The notes under the pieces are model-generated. The model saw nothing but the letters and a program-made list of their open reading frames with translations, made no database searches and was not told where the DNA came from. The position numbers were made by a program, and so were the translations under genes. Shown in pieces: positions 54,501 to 64,000 of a stretch of DNA of 64,000 nt (within the stretch, counting starts at the first letter, position 1; each line of letters opens with the position of its first letter). The stretch spans positions 62,001 to 126,000 of the forward strand of contig JAQGDQ010000214.1 in assembly GCA_030141605.1 (NCBI GenBank). Reading direction: 5' to 3'. This DNA comes from Tubiluchus corallicola. Lineage: Eukaryota > Animalia > Priapulida.

Positions 54501-57108
54501 AAGGGATCAATTTTGTTGATTGGGTATGGAGTAAAATTAGACAAGTTGATGGTCGGCTTATATACGGGTTTTTGCAAAAACTGGCCATTTTAAAGCAGTT
54601 TTAGGGGGTCGGCTTATATGCGATGTAGGCTTATATGCGAGTATATACGGTACTTAAGCCTTTCTGATTTTATTACCATGAGACAAAACAGTAATGCGAT
54701 ACAGTTACAGAACGCTAAGCGTATAAAGCCTTTCACGTAAAATACTTTCTTTACATAGAAATCATCACGAATATGAGAGCTATTTTTGGTCTATGAATCT
54801 TTATATCAACTTTCTACGTTAGCCAAAGTATGAAATCCTTTCCAGGGTTTTTCTATAAAAAATACTCAGCTGTGCGAACAATAAAAAAAATGCATGTAAA
54901 GATTACCTTACCCGTTGTAATACAGCTGAGGTGAAGCAAAGTCTGGTCCAACCTTGTTTTTTCCAAGACGTTCTTGCTCATCAAGTGGTCTGCGACCTCC
55001 CTTGCATCATTATGACTAAAATGTATTGTGTTCGAATTCCAGATCAGTTTAATAAATCAGGTGTGACAAATTAATATCACAGGTTCGAAATTTGCAGAAA
55101 TAAAGTGCAATCAAAAAGGAAAGATTGCTAAAGCAAAACCAGACACAACCTGAAACTGCAGGTCAAAACAATCTACTCCATAAAATATTGAAAGAAGTAT
55201 ACAATTTTTAAAAAAATGATTTTTATGTGGAAAAGTATTAATTTGAGGTTCGCGCCACTAGTTCTTCGCTATTACATGCATTTTGTCATTTGCTAGCTAG
55301 ACGGGGACCAGCGCTGCATTTCGAAAATGCGTTTCACAAAAAGCAGGTACTGCTGCACCACTCAGTTCAGATGTGTTAGTTTGTGACAAATGAATAGTGG
55401 TGCTCGCCTGCCATTAATTTTTGATATTTAATTGTCAGAAATGCTTTTGCAGAATTAATTGTGTTAAAATGTATACTATTTATCGGACTATCGTAAAATG
55501 GGGTAGTAAATGGGAAATCATTCAGTCTTCCTTTAAGCTGCTGCAATATTTAATGCTGTGCATTTAAAGCAATATCACGCCATCTAAAAGAAATGTAATT
55601 ACTTCCACATTTTACAATAAACAACAACAAAAATTATTGAATTAAATCAGGCCTGTAGAATGTGTTTCTAAAGAATTACAGCTGCTACAATGATAACACT
55701 CCATATTCACACACCTGCAACTTAACTGAATCTCACTCCAATCAGACTGTATACGTAAATCCTCAGTCAGTTTTGATCTTAACACAGCGTAGCTTTCGCT
55801 TATTCTTTTCTTCAGCTCATCTGCAAAACAATAATTGATGACGTTAGCACCAGAATGCAGATTTATCTTAGCTTGCACTAATACTACCAAAATATCCTGT
55901 TTTAATAGAAGTGTCCATGAACCAACTACAAACTAAAACTAAAATGCAGTGCTAGAGCTTAATTCAATGGATAACATGCCAAGAGTCACCGTAAGGATTG
56001 TAATAGCAAGCACCACTACAAGAACGTCGTATAATATCTCTATATGGTACAATATCTCTACAGTGCGTGAGCTTCGTATGATATCTCTATATGAAACAAT
56101 ATCTCCATATCTCTACAGTGCGAGAGCTTCGTATAACATCTCTATATAATACAATATCTCTATATCTCTTCGTTCAACTTTTGCGAGAAAGTTGTTTAAC
56201 CACACTTATGACTGGAGTGCTAGGTCTACATCCATTAACTGAGTTTGATGCATTTTGACGCGATACATAGAAGTGTGTTCAGTCTTCTAAATAGAACTTT
56301 ATATAGTAATAATTTAATTTGTATCGCAAAGTTACAGAGTGATATTTTATATACATCCATTACACACGTGGTGTACTGGTGCACCTTACTGTACATGAGT
56401 GTTTAATTTAGTCAGTTACCATGGGTCCGAGCCCATGCTTCGGGTCCTAATTGTAAATAATGTATAGTAGTGTAACCTTGTATGTTATGTGTGTGTATCT
56501 TATTCAATTGTTGCTGCTACTGTCTTTTTGAATATGAACTTTATGTTTGGAGTAAACGATAAATCAATATCAAATAAATCTATTAGATGTTTGATATGTA
56601 GGCTTGTATAGTTGGTGGTTATTATACAGTACAGTAAATTCAAGTAAATTCTGGATGATAAATGGTTACAGCAAATTTTGAAAAAAATTGAGCAAAACTC
56701 TACTAAGACGGTTACTTATCTGTTTACTATACAACAACAGTGAACAATAATTCCATGGATGTGAAACATAATTCACAAAATTTTTTGTCGAAACCATCTG
56801 ACATTCATGACAATAGATACATAATTTTAAATGTAACAGTTTTACACAGCTACACCTATTCTAAAAGTTTTCTTACTCATCCACTGAGTGGAACACTAGC
56901 CAGTGCTATCTTGTTTGCAAGCAACATCATTTTGTAAGTTAATTTTTACAAAATGATGTATTTGCAAACTACTCTTTGTTAGTTGCAGCAATTTAAACCT
57001 GCAATTATGTTTTCAACTGCAAGCAAACAGTCATATGCAAGTTACAGTAGATTCATGATGTTTTAAACCTGAACACGAGCGTGACGTCCGAGACTTGTAG
57101 TTTCCCAT
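33137..57108 (-). CDS. TNNI3K: Serine/threonine-protein kinase TNNI3K (cardiac ankyrin repeat kinase), 21 coding exons, 870 aa
   Basis: Exons (minus strand): 57108-57069, 55820-55715, 55015-54912, 53710-53613, 52942-52826, 51536-51438, 50788-50656, 49432-49288, 47679-47575, 46830-46736, 45822-45667, 44884-44741, 43798-43648, 42584-42458, 42335-42110, 42002-41950, 40613-40481, 39107-38966, 37290-37105, 35670-35615, 33333-33137. All GT-AG and phase-consistent, 2613 nt in total. Recognised segments: [20 protein letters not shown]; ankyrin repeats ([36 protein letters not shown]); [22 protein letters not shown]; kinase [62 protein letters not shown]; C-terminal [10 protein letters not shown] and DKYGYVTDP. 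Confidence 0.97.
37434..38044 (-). mobile_element. Kolobok-like TTAA-flanked element, copy 3 (inverted, TNNI3K intron)
   Basis: Reverse complement of the 20992/27615 copies. TTAA at both ends. Confidence 0.75.
39265..39486 (+). mobile_element. Probable tRNA-derived SINE remnant
   Basis: B-box-like TTCGAATCC followed by CTACTCAGCCTTAATACCTG...GAAGAAGGACAGGC, resembling conserved SINE core domains, ending in a T-rich tail. Recognised by resemblance only. Confidence 0.35.
39507..40418. mobile_element. Tc1/mariner-pogo-like MITE, diverged copy (inverted relative to 57945-58898)
   Basis: Left end CAGTAAGTGCCACTTAATAGACTCACTTTGGGA and right end TGAGTCTTATAAACAGTGCATATTG-TA. The interior is colinear with the reverse complement of 57945-58898. 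Confidence 0.7.
41668..41880 (+). mobile_element. Kolobok-like element, copy 4 (5' fragment)
   Basis: TTAAAGGAAGACAGGACGATCTTTCATATACTACCTCATTTTCAAGTCCG... matches the first about 210 bp of copy 1. Confidence 0.7.
42863..43583. mobile_element. TA-flanked MITE with about 30-bp TIRs
   Basis: TCAGGTGGCGCAAAAAAATGTGCCAAAGTTT versus the reverse complement of the right end, TTGGGTGGTACAGAAAAAATGTCCCAAAGTTT. TA on both sides. Confidence 0.6.
44080..44586. mobile_element. hAT-like MITE
   Basis: TIR CAGCAGCGGCTCAT / ATGAGCCGCCACTG with 8-bp flanks TTGATGAT / TTCATGAT (7 of 8 identical). Confidence 0.7.
45488..45582. repeat. (AAT)/(CAG)/(CAA)n trinucleotide microsatellite
   Basis: Directly visible. 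Confidence 0.95.
45951..46645. mobile_element. PIF/Harbinger-like MITE, same family as 7847-8212
   Basis: TAA on both sides (45948-50 and 46646-48). TIR GCTCAGACTGGCGAGTTTTCTCT / AGAGAAAACTTGCCAGACTGAAC plus extended subterminal inverted similarity. Confidence 0.72.
53132..53578. mobile_element. hAT-like MITE with poly-G/poly-C subterminal tracts
   Basis: TIR CAGGGCCAGAACTAG / CTAGTTCCGCCCCTG with 8-bp flanks TGTGTGAT / TTTGTGAT. Confidence 0.75.
53918..54650. mobile_element. Tc1/mariner-pogo-like MITE hosting a nested insertion
   Basis: TA-CCGTATATGCTCGCATATAAGCC ... GGCTTATATGCGAGTATATACGG-TA (23-bp TIR with 1 mismatch, TA TSD). Confidence 0.85.
54089..54357. mobile_element. hAT-like MITE nested inside 53918-54650
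   Basis: TIR CAGTGGTGTATTG / CAATACACCACTA with a perfect 8-bp TSD TGTGTCAC (54081-54088 and 54358-54365). Confidence 0.85.
55128..55536 (-). mobile_element. Kolobok-like element, copy 5 (inverted, internally deleted)
   Basis: Both ends match the family (CTAAAGCAAAACCAGAC... and ...CAGTCTTCCTTTAA). About 200 bp of the interior is missing. Confidence 0.7.
56025..56170. repeat. Imperfect tandem repeat built from ATATCTCTA(T/C)A and CAGTGCG(T/A)GAGCTTCG units
   Basis: Directly visible. Confidence 0.75.
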
Positions 57109-57944
57109 TTACGGATGATGGTCGAACACCAAGTCACAAACATTTTTCCGTTTCACCCCATCTTTATCATCATTATAAGGTCATGACAAAATATCTATAA
57201 AAAACAACCCAAAATAACTGCTAGAGAAACCATTACGAGTAACCAAATGAGCAGCCAAGATCAGAGATAAAGCAAAAGAACAAAAATTTTAATTCTAATC
57301 TGCAGAATTTTTTTCTGAGTACATAAGCTTCAGACTACACCATAATACCATGCCAAATTGTAATTAATTTATGTAATTTATTATCACTTCAGCATGTATT
57401 TTTACATTACAATTTGCATTATTATCTTTATAACTATTATACGCCATAACTAGAAAATGAAATATAGTTGCAATAATTGTAACAGAACTACATTAGTATA
57501 CTATAGCATGGCATAGTTAGGGAAAAAATTCCAAATATAATTACAAAAATTTAACAGAAGTGTACTAACATAGTGGCTAAACTACATAATAGTTTGTCAA
57601 CAAGAAATAGATGCTGCATGGTGGTCAAGAAGCAAAGCTTGTAAGACCACCATAAAATGTGAAAATTCTACTAGCCTTCCTTTTTTCATGCAGTATTTAC
57701 TATTTTAGGCAGTAAATAAGCAGCAGCTAATTAATTGTAATACACAAGAGTGACAAGGAATAATTCTACGATCAGGAAATTGCTAGTTTGCTAATGGTTA
57801 CAAGAACGTTGAATGGTAAAGACTGTTAATCAAATTTTTACTTTATCACAGAAACTAACAAGAAATTTTAAGCAAGGTTGGCTATTTTCCAGGCTTGTAC
57901 AATCGATCTGCGATAATGATAGATAATGCAAAAGTATATAGTTA

Positions 57945-58898
57945 CAGTAGGCGCCACTTATTAGACTCATAGTTAATAGACTCAATCGCTTAATTGACTC
58001 AAAAACGCCTGGAACAGGCCACTTCCCTTCAAATATACATAAAACTATCGGTAATTGATTAAAACAACTCCGCATAATCGATTCAATATTTTTCCTTTAC
58101 CTACTTAAAATAAGATATTTGTAAGTGCCCAAAGAACATTTCCTACTTTTATGTCATCTTTACTGCCCTTTTGTGAACTATGTACGCAGAAACAATCATG
58201 TTAAGTACCGTTTTGTTTATAAGCAGGTACGTTTATCGTGCACTAATACTCCAGCGTAGCGGTTTTGCTTTGAATCTGTTACCACTCCCTCACAGTTACC
58301 CAAAGAACTTCTGGAAGCTGAACATTTAATCACTTGCCAAACGGTTTCCTTTTGATGCTCTCCTTGCAAATGACGCTTTCAGGCTTAAACAGTTAACAGT
58401 CAAGGATGCAGGTACAGTAATCAGCCAGTATTCCTTGTGACTTACAAGACTAAACATCGTACAGCAAATAAGGGCAAAGTAAGTGAGCAGACAATTCAAA
58501 ACTGTTTTAGTCACGCACAATAACAGATTTTCAACGTTTTTATAATTACCTGAACTTTGTGGACCAACTTCTTCATGAGAAAATGAAGCAACCGACTTTG
58601 AAGAAATTTTTATAATTTTTGCAAATAAACAGACTTAGAAAAGTCTGTGATTTAGAAGAGTATATTTTTTAATTTATTGCTAATTCACTTATGCAAATTA
58701 ATATTTTTAAACATCTAATTTTTAATTGTACAAAGGAATTTAGGGATTAGTTCGTTTCTAAAATTCATTAAAAACCTTTGCAGTGCATAGTAAGCTGATG
58801 ACTCATACTTCTATACACCCATCAGTTAATAGGTAAAGTCGGTTAATTTGGTCAAAACACGTCTGTCCCAAAGTGAGTCTATTAAGCGGCACCTACTG
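57945..58898. mobile_element. Tc1/mariner-pogo-like MITE (about 954 bp)
   Basis: TA-CAGTAGGCGCCACTTATTAGACTCA ... TGAGTCTATTAAGCGGCACCTACTG-TA. A second copy lies at 39507-40418. Confidence 0.8.
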
Positions 58899-60114
58899 TA
58901 TTTCAATGTTTTTCAACAGATTTACCAATTACTCTTGAAATTACCATCATGCTACAATGCTCTTTGCAGATGATATCTATAATTTATAATAGTTTATCAA
59001 ATATTATGACATCTTTATGGCAAATAAAATGGAAATTATATAAGGCTTATGGTGAATACATATATATAATTATGTACATATACATATCAATACTAGTAAG
59101 GCTTGCCTTACAAATTGCAGCTTCAGGAGACTGCGAACGTCAACTTTCACGAGTTTACGTGTTACACACAGCTGGATAACCCTCCCTGAAAGAATTTTCC
59201 AATAACGAGACTTGAGCGTCAAAAAATCAATCATATCTCGGACAGAACTTAGTGGTGATACAATTGACGACACCGCCCCCACCCCATGTCCAAATACGCA
59301 GGCATATAAATCAACTTTCCGTATTAAAGCTAGGAAAATGTCTGTAAAATCACCAACTTACTGTGTCGACTAAGTCTTGCAGCTAGAACTACCTGCCGTA
59401 ACAACTGTTTAGTGTTCACTGTTTATAAACTCTACCACCAAGTATGCACCGCTCACGGCAGATACCTGCAACGACTGTGTCTGATCACTGATTTTGCTAA
59501 GCTCAAATGTTAATCGTGGGTTTATTGAAGCAGCGTGTGGGTAATAATAATCGGGACCACCTTGGAAATCTGTATTGAGCTACTTAAGGTGTTATCCTTG
59601 GACTACGTCCTAATTATTGTTATTATTATATACCTGGCTCTTGCAGATCTCATTGTTGCAAAAACAAAACAGAAACAGAAATCGGCGTGGATGAACTGTG
59701 AACACTGTAATTATGTCACGAACACTTTTTTCTCATCATTCAAATTAATATTAAATTATAAAGGTCTACTGACTGGTGCGCAAATGGAGTGCGTGGATAA
59801 CTCATGCTAACCATATATTTTGTGAATAGCTTAGAAGGTGTAAATCTGATAGGAGGCTTTTCCCTTTCGCATTGGTAAGTTCTCGAATGCAGTATGATCA
59901 CAAGTGGCACAAGGCAATGGTGTAGCACAAAATTAAAGCAAATAAAGCCCCAAGAGTTTTGTGCATGACAGAACATTTCCTTCTTTCCCAAACACTAATG
60001 AAAATGAGTTCCTATGGTCGAAACCATAAGTCATTGATTATCACTCAAATCACTGATTATGTTCAATTAAATCACGCAGAGACCAAAAACAGCATTAGAG
60101 GTGGACCAGAAATA

Positions 60115-60720
60115 ACCTTGCTTGCCTCATCCCAATCCTCAATTCTGAGGATCGGGAACCATGGATACATGCACCAAGTCCATTCTCAGCCTTGTGATAC
60201 GCATACACTCCCCCAACATTCTCCCTGTCCAATCCTTGATGTCAACTATTCAGCATCTTCTTTGTCATCCTCTTGAATGCTTCTCATTAATTTTAACATG
60301 GAGGATTTCAGCGCAGACCGAGATTATGAGTCTTGATAACATGGTTGACGTATTATAGCCTCTCTGTTCTGACAGTCACTACAAAATGTTGCTTTGTCTC
60401 CATATCTCCCCCCAGCATTTACTCGTTTAGTTCTAGTGTCAATCCAGCTAATTCTTCGTGCACGTTTTTGGCATGTATTTCATCTCAAGTGCGACCAGTC
60501 TGGTGATATCGGCTGCTTGCAAAGTTCACAGCCACACAGTACCACAGGCTATAGCAGTATTTCAGCATATTCAGCTTGATACTCTTGTGCAGGGCACACT
60601 CCACATAGTCGTTCCGCAGAGTGTTGAGAGGCCTGAAGTCTGTACGTTCTTGTTGCTCCAAGCTGTGCCTTAACCTCAACCATCTGTTCAATGGTGGATT
60701 TCTAGGTACTTGAATTTGTC
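60115..60720 (-). mobile_element. RTE-clade LINE 3' remnant
   Basis: Minus strand gives DKFKYLEI (xxFxYLG motif), a degenerate LxxGCExx segment, and KDWTG near the end, followed by a short GCAAG repeat tail. Frameshifted. Confidence 0.6.
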
Positions 60721-62051
60721 AGCCTAAGCCAGCCTGATGCCCTGGTACTATAATGTCAAACCAAGCGCCCCAGTGCCATCATCATTGTGGCTTCGTTTTT
60801 TCGTGCTAATTTTCAGTTGATAGGAGAATCGATCTGTTCACTTTTGCTTAGGACCAAGAGTGTCTGGAGCGTGGAGCAAAGTGACCCAGAGAAAGACTGA
60901 GTACGTTTTCTGTGACTGCACATTAGAAGACATGAAATTACTGTACATCATGTTATAGAAGTGCTTTGAAAAAATTTCTGTTTTTGTACAAATAATTATA
61001 TCAATATGATTGATAGCAATCATTTAAATTGACTCGTAAAACTATTAATGCCTAGCATGTCATAAATAAGGAGCAAGTGGTTATAAACTGATTATGTGCA
61101 CATTTAATCATGATCATGTTTTAGTTGTTTATCGTTTATTTGAATCCCACGAGTTTCTCTGAGAATATTCAATACAGAGATAACAACAAAAAAATAGTTG
61201 CCTAACTAGCGTGTTCCCACTTCAACTTAATAAAAGTGAAAATTTATTAATAAGTGGGCTCCGACGCTCATTGCAGCTGCTGCATCTTCGGTTTCCTCAT
61301 GTACCTAGCTAAGCCCAACTTAATGCCAAGCCTATTATAGAAGAAGTATGCTATAGTTGCGTAACAAATAATGTGCAGATCGTAGACCTAAGCCTACAAG
61401 CCCTACATCATTGTTGTCTAAGTTACTGTAGTGAGAGCGAAGTTACAACCGCGTTCTTTTCATCTGTGCGTTCGATAAATATTTGAATATTGAGTCGCAA
61501 ACTAGCAACACCAAGGTATAAATCTAACGCTTGCGCATTGCAGCGCACAACGCACAGCTGCTAGTTATGCTCTCCGTACGGGTATGTTAGTGTGCGCTCA
61601 CTGCCCGTGTGTAATACGTTGCTCAAGTTTTTCTGTTCTAGATAAAGCCTTAATAGCAATCTATACAGTTGTAAAATACGAGTTTTTCGGCATTTCAGCA
61701 ACAAACAGATTTTACGAAAAGCGTGGACACTTTAAAATATTACTGTCGTCGAAATAAAACACGCAATGCTATTTGTAATAACGTTTAGCAGGTCCCTCTC
61801 TGCTTCGACTAGAAGGAAACTTAGGTAAATTCGTTCTGAAATCCTGGTATTCGATTTACGAAGAGTGCAACTCAAGTCTCTACAGTGAACAAAGTCTATA
61901 ATCAACATTGAACATTTGGCGTTGTTAATTTGCTATTGGTTCTGCTCCAATGCTTGGATTCTGGAATGCGTGCTTGCTCCGCGACCTCCAAAACTAAGAA
62001 AAATCGCCGTTTGTTCCTGTCATAAAAACAGCTGTGCTCATTTCAGTTACA

Positions 62052-62905
62052 ATGACTGCGTCCATTTCGTGTGTTGTCGTTTTCTTTCTGTTCTGTGTGA
62101 CAGGAACCTCAGCTCAAGTGCAGCTCAAATATCCCAGTAAAACTGACTTTTTGGAAGCATATTTGGCTGAATTTGGCAAAACATTAAACTTTTCTTCTCT
62201 TCTGCAAACACCAGACTTTTTTGCTCGAAACTGGACGCTGGAGGATACAGGAAGCGATACTCGAACCTGCCTGGATAGCATTTCTGACATTCGGCAAGGC
62301 ATTATAAATAAAGAAGTGTGGGCTTTACAGTGTAAGTACAAAGGCGAAAATAATAATGGTTTGGGGTATCATACGCTGAGTACCAACATTTGCTTAAAAT
62401 TAATGCCAGTTGGGCAAGGATATTACGATACCAAAGGCGAGCTATCGTAAGCAAATTACAAAATGTATAAGGCAAATGTGTTGTACACGAGTAAGCTTTT
62501 AACAGTATGTTACAGATTCATTAGTTCTTATGTGGTCTTAAGCGAAATGGCCATATTAAACAAGATTACATGCGGCTTGATTTATGTTCGACGATTTTGT
62601 GCCGGGCCCGTGACACGGGTTACTGGAGTTGAATGCAAGAAGTGAGAAAAAACGGATATGGGCTCATTGCTCCTGAATGATTTGAAAAGAAATCCAGGGG
62701 CTTCGTTTCTTTATATCCCCCTGTATCTGTAATTATTGAATTGTTTTCAGATATTGACGCTTGGGCAAAGCTCCCAACAGGGCTCCTTCAAGGCGTTATT
62801 TCGTTGGTTGGCGATTATAGACAGTGCGAAACAATTGAGATGTCACACGCAAATACCACATTACCATTTCAGCCGAAGTATTGTGTGTCTGTTATTAAGT
62901 TTAAT
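62052..62905 (+). CDS. Nose resistant to fluoxetine protein 6-like (NRF domain; O-acyltransferase-like), first two coding exons; gene continues beyond the window
   Basis: Exons 62052-62331 and 62751-62905 (T|GTAAGT ... TTTTCAG|AT). Signal peptide MTASISCVVVFFLFCVTGTSA, then TCLDSISDIRQGIINKEVWALQ-Y-IDAWAKLPTGLLQGVISLVGDYRQCETI...FQPKYC. This is the NRF domain signature (C...WA..DA.GK.P.G.L.G....G.Y..C....YC). Confidence 0.88.
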
Positions 62906-64000
62906 GTAAGTTTATGTTGGTTGCTACTGCTTGTCAAAAATTAAAATTTAGTCTTCAGCGATATTAAAAACAAATGACTCCACCAATGAACGTGATGAAA
63001 GGATCTTGATACATATTTTATGTGAGAAACAGTTACGTGTATTCACGACGTTTCATTTTTGCTGTGCCTGTTGGAACGCTCTGTCCCGTTTTCGAAAACC
63101 ACAAAAGGCTGCGATGAAATACCAACGCAAACATGTTCGTTCGTTCAAACACTGCTTCTATGTTTAACGTTGCTTAATAAAAAATTATATTTGTTTCTGT
63201 TACTTATCACTACAAATTTGATCAAAGATTAGACTCGCTTGCAATCGAGAGTTTAGTTTAATCTACAGCGAAGGATGGAAAGGGGTTTAGGATTACAATT
63301 TTATTTTTTATCCTATTAGATTTTTACTTTCGTGCTGTAATAGGGCTTCAGGGAATCAAAACCAAGACACATCACAGTGTGTTCATGCGTCGTTGTGGAC
63401 AACACAGTTTTTATAAAGAAAAATCGCATTATGTGTATTGCAGTTTCGTAACATATTGTGGCTACATCTGTTAACCGAAAACGACACAATCCATGATAAT
63501 CTTATTTTAATTCTTTTGTTGTGGCTCAGTTAAACATTGACTTGCTTTGCCATTTAAAGGAAAAGGCACGTCATTTAGTATATTTTGTTTATTTTAGTGC
63601 TATCACTTAAGCTTAAAAAACATAACAAAGGAATTTGCAAAAAACTGACTGTAAAGCATAAAATTAATTTATACTACTGTAAAGAAATTTTCATGCGTGT
63701 TGGTAAGTAGCCGCCATTCAAAATTATGATGCAACTGTGAACAATGTGACTTTTCGTAAGTGCACCGTGGCTTTCCGTAAGCGCGCTCTGCTTAAACTAA
63801 TTCAAACTTCCGCAGCTTACCTAATGTTCGTGCAAAAATATCTTAAAACCAGTTATCTAATTTTTGTGAAAACTTGTTATACTTTGACGGAAATTGACAG
63901 TGCGCTGCTTCTTTAGTCGACGAATAACGACGAATATTGGTGGAAAAAATTGCTGTTCAAAATGGGAGCGGACGAGCGTGAAATGATCGCCAATTTAAAG

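Noticed and set aside
59070-59282. 70-aa ORF as an N-terminal TNNI3K extension or FPGT-like fusion exon
   Set aside because: An in-frame TAA directly precedes the TNNI3K ATG, and I see no FPGT similarity.
63344-63451. Candidate third exon of the NRF-6-like gene
   Set aside because: The frame lacks the expected GxCxPxSC motif and hits a stop without a good donor; the true exon probably lies beyond the window.

Overview
AT-rich, intron-containing eukaryotic (animal, probably marine invertebrate; the taxon cannot be fixed from sequence) DNA, not prokaryotic. I assembled five spliced protein-coding genes by hand from GT-AG boundaries. (1) The 5' part of a class I SAM-dependent methyltransferase (minus strand, runs off the left edge). 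(2) A 5-exon CFAP97-domain (CFAP97D1/D2, Hemingway-like) ciliary gene. (3) A 2-exon BK-channel beta subunit (KCNMB/TipE-fold)-like gene. (4) A complete 21-coding-exon TNNI3K ankyrin-repeat kinase of 870 aa. (5) The first two exons of an NRF-6 (nose resistant to fluoxetine-6)-like protein. Introns and intergenic DNA hold many non-autonomous DNA transposons (Kolobok-like TTAA, Tc1/mariner-pogo TA, hAT 8-bp TSD, PIF/Harbinger TAA, including one nested insertion), LINE 3' remnants, a 5S-derived fragment, micro- and minisatellites. The most unusual non-coding item is an inverted pair of minimal hammerhead-ribozyme-like motifs of the Penelope type with a U3-A8 core variant (25067-25314). Most long ORFs in the supplied track are repeat artefacts. 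I found no CRISPR array and no convincing wholly new multi-gene system.
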